Positions 27,974-35,170 of a stretch of DNA of 35,170 nt are shown piece after piece. A program made the position numbers and the translations under genes. Numbering within the stretch: position 1 is the first letter of the stretch; the number at the start of each line of letters is the position of its first letter. The stretch comes from an uncultured Prolixibacteraceae bacterium (GTDB taxonomy: Bacteria; Bacteroidota; Bacteroidia; Bacteroidales; Prolixibacteraceae), in NCBI GenBank assembly GCA_964461245.1, contig CAYWTT010000003.1, positions 1 to 35,170 on the forward strand. Direction: 5' to 3'. Below the pieces are notes generated by a model. That model was not told the DNA's origin and searched no databases. It was given only the letters and a program-made list of their open reading frames with translations.

Positions 27974-30900
27974 ATGGAAAAAATTAACTTTTGGGGGAAA
28001 ATCATGCAGATTAAAAATCTGCAAAAGATGCTTTTAATTATGAGACTGACACTATTTATCATCGTTGCATCCGCATTGAGTGTTTTTGCTTCTGACAGTT
28101 ATTCGCAGAATACGCGGATCTCGCTCGAACTGAAGAACACTACGGTGAAAGATGCATTAAAAGCCATCGAGAACACAAGTGAGTTCTACTTCATTTACAA
28201 CAATGAGCTTATCGATGTAAACCGTAAAATTGACATCAATGTCAGGGATGAGAGGATTGTTGACATTCTGGGAGAGATATTCGCAGGGCAGGATGTGGAA
28301 TTTACCGTGATTGACCGCAAAATTGTTCTATCTCCTTCTGAAATCACTTCCGTGCAGGCGCAAATCCAGATTTCGGGAAAAGTGACAGACAGGAGCGGAA
28401 ATGCCCTACCCGGTGTAGCTGTGGTCGTAAAAGGCACTACGCAGGGAACCATCACCGATAACAACGGGAATTTCAGGCTGTCTATTCCGACCGATGCCCA
28501 AACATTACTGTTTTCATTTGTCGGGATGCGGAGCCAGGAGGTTCTGATCGGGAACAAAACGACTTTTAATATAATCATGGAAGAAGAGACCATCGGGATA
28601 GAGGAAGTAGTGGCTGTAGGATATGGCACACAGAAGAAAAGCGACCTGACAGGTGCCATTACCCAGGTAAAAGCAGCAGAACTTACCTCAGTGATGGGTT
28701 CCAATCCGGTTCAGGCGTTGCAGGGTCGTGCAGCCGGTGTGGCAGTGCTCACCAACAATGCCCCCGGGTCATCCCCAACCTTGCGTATTCGGGGAAGCAG
28801 CTCCATCAATGCAGGAAATGATCCCCTTTATGTGGTGGATGGTTTCCCGCTGATGAACAGTAACCTGAATGACATCAATCCCAATGACATTGAATCCATA
28901 GAGGTATTGAAGGATGCATCTTCATCAGCTATTTACGGATCAAGAGGGGCCAACGGTGTGGTGATTGTCACCACGAAGAAAGGGCAGCAGGGCAGAAACG
29001 ACCTGTCCGTCAATTCGTACTTCGGGGTTCAGACTCCTGAACGTCTGGTGGAAATGCTCGGCCGGGAAGAATTTATTGATTATGTGAACACCGCCTATAC
29101 CTATTCCAAGGGTTCACCGGTATACACTACCGCCAAACCGGCTCCCGATTATAATACCGACTGGCAGGATGCCATAGTCCGGGATATGGCCACCATTCAG
29201 GAGCACTCGGTCACCTTCATGGGAGGGAAAGACAAAACCAGCTTCATGCTTTCAGGGGGTCTTTTTTCACAGCAGGGATTGCTTCCGGCATCCGGTTTTG
29301 ACAAATACACCCTGCGGTCCAATCTGAACCATGAATTCAGAAAATGGCTCATGGTCGGGACACATCTGCAATACAGCAGTGCACAGCAGGATATCAGGGA
29401 TAACCCGACAGGTAATATCTTCAGGTTTGGCTGGCCAACCATGCCGGTTAAAAATGCAGATGGCTCCTGGTATTATTCATTCCTCGATCCGCAGCATGAT
29501 TCCTACATTGAAGGGAAATGGAATCCCGTGGCCGATGCGACTGAAGTTACGGATGAATCGGTTCGCAACCGTTTGCTGGGTGATGTTTTTGCCGAATTCA
29601 CGATACACAAGAACCTGAAATTCAAAACCAACTTCGGCGTCGATATTTCCAACCAGAAAAGATACCAGTACAATTCCTCCAAATCCTCAGGGGGTATGAG
29701 TTCAGGGGGGAAAGGGCTCGGAGGACAGACTTATAACAAGATGACATCCAAGTTGACTGAGAATATCCTGACCTATTCGAACGTATGGAACAATGTCCAC
29801 CGGCTGACGGCCACAGCTGTATATTCCTACCAGGACTATCTGTATGATGCTTTGACGATCAGCGGCAGTGGTTTTCAGAATGATGCCACCGGGGCCAATG
29901 ACATGTCGCTGGCCGACAGGTCAAGTGTTACCTACAGCTCGACCAAATACGGGAACAAGCTGATTTCCTGGACAGCCAGGGCATCTTATGTGTTCAATGA
30001 CAAATACATGTTTACAACTACCGGCAGGTATGATGGCTCTTCCCGTTTCGGAGCCAACAACAAATGGGGATTTTTCCCTTCGGTAGGTGTGGGATGGCGC
30101 GTCAGCCAGGAGTCATTCCTGAACGGCAATAAAGTCATCTCCAATCTCAAGCTGCGTGCAAGCTATGGTGTGACCGGGAATCAAGAGATCAGTAACTATG
30201 CTTCGCTGCCGAAACTGACCTCCGTCTATTACGTTTTCAACAATGCACTTCTGCAGGGATTTACCGAATCGATCGGAAATTCAGACCTGCGCTGGGAAAG
30301 AACCACCCAGTACGACCTCGGATTTGACCTCGGTTTATTTAAGAAGCTGGACATCAGTGTGGATTATTATGACCGTACCACCAATGACCTGCTTTACAAC
30401 GTGCCCATTCCCACCACTTCGGGATATTCGAGCATCCTCGACAACATCGGAGAGGTAAAAAACAACGGTTTGGAAATTGCCGTGAATAGCCTTATCCTGG
30501 ACAGGGAAGTGAAATGGTCTTTGGGAGGCAATATCTCGTTGAACCGGAACAAGATTGCGGCTTTATATGGAGATGTTCAGAAGATTCTGCTCGGAACCTC
30601 ATCCAATGGTTATGCCCGTTACCTGGAAGTCGGCAAGCCTGTGAACGCCATTTACACCCGTGAATCGGGCGGTATCATCAACACCCAGGAAAAACTCGAC
30701 GCTTACAGAAAGATCAAATCTACCGCCAACATGGGCGAAGAGATGTATATTGACCACACGCCCAATAATTCAATCGGAATCGATGACTATATCTGCATCG
30801 GATCCCCGGAGCCCAAATTCTTTTACGGTCTTTCAACAAACCTGTCGTATAAGAACTTTTCGCTCGACATTTACGGACAGGGAGCATACGATTATGCATC

Positions 30901-31336
30901 GGTCGCAGGGATTGACAACAGTGCATTTGGAAGCACCTCCATCGTGATCGGATATGCCACGGCCACAGACAGTTACCTGATGTACGGGGAGAACCAGCTG
31001 CTGAACCAGAACTATCAACCTTCGAAATATGCCTACGACCGGATGTGGAGTGAGAGCAATCCCAACGGAACCTTCCCGAGGGCCGGAGCAAAGGACATGT
31101 ATTTCTCTGACAGAACCAGTGCCCATTGGAGTTATTTCATCGTGAAAAACATTAAACTGGGTTACGATTTCTCCTCTCTCATCAAAAAAGCAGACTGGGT
31201 CAAGGAACTGACTGTTTTCCTGAATGCGCAGAACTATATCAGCTATGCAAACCATCGCGGTTACAACCCGGAAAACGGCGACACCACTTATCCCTGGGCC
31301 AAAACGATGATATTCGGAATCAATGCTAAATTTTAA
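27974..31336 (+). CDS. susC: SusC/RagA TonB-dependent transducer with N-terminal signalling (STN) extension
   Basis: EEVVAVGYGTQKK, PLYVVDGFP, IESIEVLKDASSSAIYGSRGANGVVIVTTK, RYDGSSRFG, LKLRASYGVTGNQ, terminal F. Confidence 0.95.
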   Translation: MEKINFWGKIMQIKNLQKMLLIMRLTLFIIVASALSVFASDSYSQNTRISLELKNTTVKDALKAIENTSEFYFIYNNELIDVNRKIDINVRDERIVDILGEIFAGQDVEFTVIDRKIVLSPSEITSVQAQIQISGKVTDRSGNALPGVAVVVKGTTQGTITDNNGNFRLSIPTDAQTLLFSFVGMRSQEVLIGNKTTFNIIMEEETIGIEEVVAVGYGTQKKSDLTGAITQVKAAELTSVMGSNPVQALQGRAAGVAVLTNNAPGSSPTLRIRGSSSINAGNDPLYVVDGFPLMNSNLNDINPNDIESIEVLKDASSSAIYGSRGANGVVIVTTKKGQQGRNDLSVNSYFGVQTPERLVEMLGREEFIDYVNTAYTYSKGSPVYTTAKPAPDYNTDWQDAIVRDMATIQEHSVTFMGGKDKTSFMLSGGLFSQQGLLPASGFDKYTLRSNLNHEFRKWLMVGTHLQYSSAQQDIRDNPTGNIFRFGWPTMPVKNADGSWYYSFLDPQHDSYIEGKWNPVADATEVTDESVRNRLLGDVFAEFTIHKNLKFKTNFGVDISNQKRYQYNSSKSSGGMSSGGKGLGGQTYNKMTSKLTENILTYSNVWNNVHRLTATAVYSYQDYLYDALTISGSGFQNDATGANDMSLADRSSVTYSSTKYGNKLISWTARASYVFNDKYMFTTTGRYDGSSRFGANNKWGFFPSVGVGWRVSQESFLNGNKVISNLKLRASYGVTGNQEISNYASLPKLTSVYYVFNNALLQGFTESIGNSDLRWERTTQYDLGFDLGLFKKLDISVDYYDRTTNDLLYNVPIPTTSGYSSILDNIGEVKNNGLEIAVNSLILDREVKWSLGGNISLNRNKIAALYGDVQKILLGTSSNGYARYLEVGKPVNAIYTRESGGIINTQEKLDAYRKIKSTANMGEEMYIDHTPNNSIGIDDYICIGSPEPKFFYGLSTNLSYKNFSLDIYGQGAYDYASVAGIDNSAFGSTSIVIGYATATDSYLMYGENQLLNQNYQPSKYAYDRMWSESNPNGTFPRAGAKDMYFSDRTSAHWSYFIVKNIKLGYDFSSLIKKADWVKELTVFLNAQNYISYANHRGYNPENGDTTYPWAKTMIFGINAKF

Positions 31337-31355
31337 ACCTGTAAAACGTTATATC

Positions 31356-32930
31356 ATGAAATTCATTAAATATATCTTTCTTTCTGCTGCTTTGCTGGGA
31401 TTCAGCCAATGCACTGATCTGGAGGAAAATCCATACACCTTCCTCTCTCCTACCAATTTCTACCAGAATGAAGAAGAACTCAAGATGGCGGTCGTCAGTG
31501 TCTATGATGGATTCCAGAATGCCTGGGGAGGAGCCAACTATCTCTATCACATGTATCTTGAAGTTTTGACAGAGTTCGGGGCACCGGCATATGCAAAAGA
31601 CGATGTTCACCTGTGGAATGCATGGGTAGATGTGAACAATCCTGCCCGGACCTTTACAACCGCCTGGCCAAGGGCTTATCAGGTTATCAACCGTGCAAAT
31701 ATCGTGATTGGCCGGGGAGAAGGGATTCAGATGGACGGAACCGCGAAAAAAAGATATTTTGCTGAAGTCCGTTTTCTAAGAGCTTTATCCTATTATAACC
31801 TGGTCCGGATTTTTGGTGGCGTCCCAGTACCTGAATCTTACACCGCTTCCAAAGAGGGATTGGAGATCCCGAGAAAAACGGTGGAAGAAACCTATGCTCA
31901 GATCATTGCAGACCTGGAATACGCGGAAGCAAACCTCCCGTTGAAGTCGGCCTATGCTGCAACCGACAAATGGAGACCCGGCAAAGGCGCAGCACAGGCA
32001 TTCCTTGGCGAAGTCTATCTGACCCGTGCCAGTATGGAAGGAAACGCCACTTTCTACCAGAAATCTAAAGAATACAGCGGGAAGGTGATCTCATCCAATG
32101 AATATCAGCTTGAACCCGACTTTAAAAACCTCTGGTTCTGGTGGAATACAAACAACAAAAACGGTAAGGAATCAATTTTTGAAATCCAGTATGGACAACT
32201 CAGCAGCGAATACAACAACCTGCACGTAATGTTCGGGGTTAATATCACTGAAGCCAGCATCGGTTGTTACATGTACCGGCGATATGGCCCGACCATTCAG
32301 GCTTATCAGTCATACAGCGATCAGGATGCGAGGAAAAAAGGAACCTTCCTCGACCGGTTTTACCGTACTTCCAACGGGGTAATCACCGACACCCTGGTTT
32401 TTGTTCCTGCCGACAAAGGCTATTATCCCGGATCCCGGAAATGGAACACAGCCTCTCCCGGAAATATCAAATTTTATGACAGAACACCTGAATCGGCCAC
32501 ATTGAAGATGCCGCAGGCCAACATTTATGTAATGCGCTATTCCGATGTGCTGCTGAATTACGCAGAAGCTGAAAACATGATAAACGGACCTACTGCAGAC
32601 GCCCTGGCAAAATTCAATTCAGTAAGAACCAGGGCCGGTCTCGGCGCCCTCACCGGAATGTCCAAAACCCAGCTGGATGATTATATCTTCCGTGAAAGAG
32701 GCTGGGAATTCATCGGAGAATCACAACTCTACTTCGACGAATTGCGTACCGACCGTTTGGGAAAAAATGTAAAAGCCTGTTTCGACGAATCGGTTGCCCT
32801 GGGTATCTACATGTACAAGGATGCCAAGCTGGAATTCGTACCCAAAAAGAGCTTCCTGTGGAAAATACCCACCTACGATCTGGATTCCAACCCGGCTCTG
32901 GAACAAAACCCGGATAATGTTTCAAATTAG
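31356..32930 (+). CDS. susD: SusD/RagB surface glycan-binding lipoprotein
   Basis: Lipoprotein signal MKFIKYIFLSAALLGFSQC; EVRFLRALSYYNLVRIFGGVP, RYSDVLLNYAEA, ERGWEF, QNP tail. Confidence 0.93.
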   Translation: MKFIKYIFLSAALLGFSQCTDLEENPYTFLSPTNFYQNEEELKMAVVSVYDGFQNAWGGANYLYHMYLEVLTEFGAPAYAKDDVHLWNAWVDVNNPARTFTTAWPRAYQVINRANIVIGRGEGIQMDGTAKKRYFAEVRFLRALSYYNLVRIFGGVPVPESYTASKEGLEIPRKTVEETYAQIIADLEYAEANLPLKSAYAATDKWRPGKGAAQAFLGEVYLTRASMEGNATFYQKSKEYSGKVISSNEYQLEPDFKNLWFWWNTNNKNGKESIFEIQYGQLSSEYNNLHVMFGVNITEASIGCYMYRRYGPTIQAYQSYSDQDARKKGTFLDRFYRTSNGVITDTLVFVPADKGYYPGSRKWNTASPGNIKFYDRTPESATLKMPQANIYVMRYSDVLLNYAEAENMINGPTADALAKFNSVRTRAGLGALTGMSKTQLDDYIFRERGWEFIGESQLYFDELRTDRLGKNVKACFDESVALGIYMYKDAKLEFVPKKSFLWKIPTYDLDSNPALEQNPDNVSN

Positions 32931-32945
32931 CTGATCAGTAATACG

Positions 32946-33075
32946 AAGAGGCTGTATCAAACGAAATAACTCTGCGCGAATACTCTCTGTGAATTCTGTG
33001 TGACAATTCTTTTCAAATACACAGAAAGCACACAGGAAACACAGGCCACACAGTGATCTTTTGATACAGCCTCTT
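32946..33075. repeat. 130-bp element with perfect 16-bp terminal inverted repeats (MITE/REPIN-like)
   Basis: AAGAGGCTGTATCAAA (32946-32961) and TTTGATACAGCCTCTT (33060-33075); inner CTGTG repeats face four ACACAG repeats. Confidence 0.8.
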
Positions 33076-33100
33076 TTTTATACCTAAACAACCTGAGGAA

Positions 33101-34495
33101 ATGAAACCGGTTTGCCTTTGTCTCTCGTTTTTTCTGCTCCTGAACCTTTGTTTACAGGCCGGGCAAAAAGGGGGATATCTGCCGAAACAGGCTTTGGCCC
33201 TGTACGATACGATCACCGACAAACCGTTTCGGCACACCCCCAGTAAGGCTGCAGAATGGTTCCCGGAAGCCGGATTCGGTTTGTTCATTCACTGGGGAAT
33301 TCACAGCGTGGCTGCCCTGGATCCCTCCTGGTCCATGCTGAAAAACTGCCCCTGGCTGAAAGAGGACCGAACGGTAACTCCTGAGCAGTATTACCGGCTT
33401 GCCCATGAATTCAACCCGCAGAACTACGATCCTGAAAAGTGGGTGGTGGTTGCTAAAGCTGCCGGTTTCCAATACATGGTTATCACCACAAAACATCACG
33501 ACGGATATTGCCTGTGGCCTTCCGGCTATGGAAAATTCAATACCGGGAACTTCATGGGCGGCCGTGACTTATTGAAACCTTTCGTCGATGCCTGCCGGAA
33601 ATACGGCATGAAGATCGGGTTTTATTTTTCCCCCCGTGACTGGAGCAATCCCGATTATCCCCCCGCCGTGAAGAATTCCGACTTCGAACAGAAAATCACC
33701 GGTATCCGTTATCCTGAAGAAATCAACCAGCAAAAATTTGACAGCTTTTTCAGGTATACCCTCGGTCAACTCAGTGAAATCCTGACCCTCTACGGGAAGA
33801 TCGACGTGTTGTGGTTTGACGGGATCGACTGGCCGGGGGTGAACACCCATTCCGGGAAGTTGCATGCCTGGCTGCGTGCAGTTCAGCCCGACATGGTGAT
33901 CAATCCCCGGTGGGAAACCAACGATGAAAAACTGGATTTCGGAGACTTCCGGACTGAAGAGATCCAGTGGCGGAAGCATATGGACAGCCGCCCTTATGCC
34001 CCAGGAACCTGGTGGGAATTCAATGAAACATGGAGCGGACACTGGGGCTATTCCCCACTGGCACTCTATCGTGATTTCGATAAGGTAATGGCTGCTCTGG
34101 TATACACCCGCTCATACGGTGGAAATTACCTGCCCGATATTGGCCCTCAACCCGACGGTAACATGCGTCCCGGCTTTTATGAACAGTGCCGGAAATTGTC
34201 GGACTGGATGGAAAAAAACAAGGAATCAGTGATCGGTACAACCGACTTTGCCGATTGGAAAGAGATTTCGAATGTACCGCTTACCAGGCGGCAGGCATGC
34301 ATTTATGCCCACCTGCTCAGCGATTTCCGCGGAGAAATACACATCAGATTCAAAACCAAGCCAGAGAAAGTCATACTCCTTGAGAATGGCAAATGCTTGC
34401 CCTTCGAATATCAAAACCAGGAGATCCTCATTCATACCGACCACATCCGGCGAAATTTCACAGATGACGTAATTAAAATCTCCTTCATCGAATGA
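33101..34495 (+). CDS. GH29 alpha-L-fucosidase
   Basis: FGLFIHWG, FNPQNYDP, TTKHHDGYCLWPS, YFSPRDW, VLWFDG (nucleophile Asp); N-terminal signal peptide. Confidence 0.92.
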   Translation: MKPVCLCLSFFLLLNLCLQAGQKGGYLPKQALALYDTITDKPFRHTPSKAAEWFPEAGFGLFIHWGIHSVAALDPSWSMLKNCPWLKEDRTVTPEQYYRLAHEFNPQNYDPEKWVVVAKAAGFQYMVITTKHHDGYCLWPSGYGKFNTGNFMGGRDLLKPFVDACRKYGMKIGFYFSPRDWSNPDYPPAVKNSDFEQKITGIRYPEEINQQKFDSFFRYTLGQLSEILTLYGKIDVLWFDGIDWPGVNTHSGKLHAWLRAVQPDMVINPRWETNDEKLDFGDFRTEEIQWRKHMDSRPYAPGTWWEFNETWSGHWGYSPLALYRDFDKVMAALVYTRSYGGNYLPDIGPQPDGNMRPGFYEQCRKLSDWMEKNKESVIGTTDFADWKEISNVPLTRRQACIYAHLLSDFRGEIHIRFKTKPEKVILLENGKCLPFEYQNQEILIHTDHIRRNFTDDVIKISFIE

Positions 34496-34537
34496 TTGAT
34501 TATTTCTATCTTTAAATAGAGCAAATTACAATAAAAC

Positions 34538-35170
34538 ATGAAACTATTCCTGATTACACTCGGTCTGCTCTTACCCGCCCTTCTATTTTCCCAGCAAACC
34601 GAGATCCGGTATCTCTCGGGCAAAGATTGTAACCAGACTGTCGACTGGCAGTTTTTTTGTTCCGAAGGAAGGAATTCAGGGAAATGGACAACGATCCCCG
34701 TTCCTTCAAACTGGGAACTGCAGGGGTTCGGAAAATACAACTACGGGCACGACAAAGATTCTGTCCGCGGGAAGGAGGTCGGTTTCTACAAATATGAATT
34801 CCGGGTACCCCGGGAGTGGAAGACAAAAAAAGTAAATATTGTTTTTGATGGCTCCATGACCGATACCGAGGTAAAGATTAACGGGAAGCAGGCAGGTCCT
34901 GTGCACAGGGGATCGTTTTACCGTTTCAGTTACGACATCTCTGGGCTCCTCAGATATGACAGAACCAATCTGCTGGAGGTAAAAGTAGCCAAGCACTCAG
35001 CCAACGAATCGGTCAATAAGGCAGAACGCTATTGCGACTTCTGGATTTTTGGCGGTATCTTCCGCCCGGTATACCTGGAAGCCAAACCGTTGGAGAATTT
35101 CACCCGGGCCGCAATCGATGCCCAGGCTGACGGAACCTTCAGCGCCGATCTTTTTATGGACGGCATTTCT
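34538..35170 (+). CDS. GH2 glycoside hydrolase (beta-galactosidase-like), N-terminal part; runs off the window
   Basis: Manual translation: MKLFLITLGLLLPALLFSQQTEIRYLSG...WTTIPVPSNWELQGFG...IVFDGSMTDTEVKING...DFWIFGGIFRPVYL. Confidence 0.88.
   Translation, partial: MKLFLITLGLLLPALLFSQQTEIRYLSGKDCNQTVDWQFFCSEGRNSGKWTTIPVPSNWELQGFGKYNYGHDKDSVRGKEVGFYKYEFRVPREWKTKKVNIVFDGSMTDTEVKINGKQAGPVHRGSFYRFSYDISGLLRYDRTNLLEVKVAKHSANESVNKAERYCDFWIFGGIFRPVYLEAKPLENFTRAAIDAQADGTFSADLFMDGIS

Overview
A 35 kb chromosomal window from a Bacteroidota bacterium. SusC/SusD, T9SS sorting domains, TAnnTTTG promoters and RprXY point to Bacteroidales/Marinilabiliales; this assignment is inference. Most of it is housekeeping: groEL (partial), groES, secG, lptE, a sensor-less sigma54 activator, kdsB, a DUF853 ATPase, lepA, rprXY, purN, acpP-fabF-rnc, an M23 peptidase, yitT, leuS, DUF4332 and a guanine-type deaminase. 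There is also a decayed CBM35-GH26-T9SS mannanase pseudogene, an orphan TonB-dependent receptor, and the start of an ECF-sigma/FecR polysaccharide utilization locus (susC, susD, GH29, partial GH2). The most interesting signals are non-coding. (1) A candidate sigma54-dependent ~170-nt sRNA between the TonB receptor and lepA has a 3' seed antisense to Bacteroidota-type start-codon regions and can pair 16 nt with the susC start in this window. (2) groESL has a sigma54-type promoter with a TGACA repeat array and no CIRCE, just downstream of a PspF-like activator operon. (3) A cis-antisense sRNA has its promoter overlapping the susC ATG. (4) A 130-bp inverted-repeat element sits between susD and GH29. 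(5) leuS may be chimeric or xenologous. All family calls come from motif recognition by eye; no searches were run.
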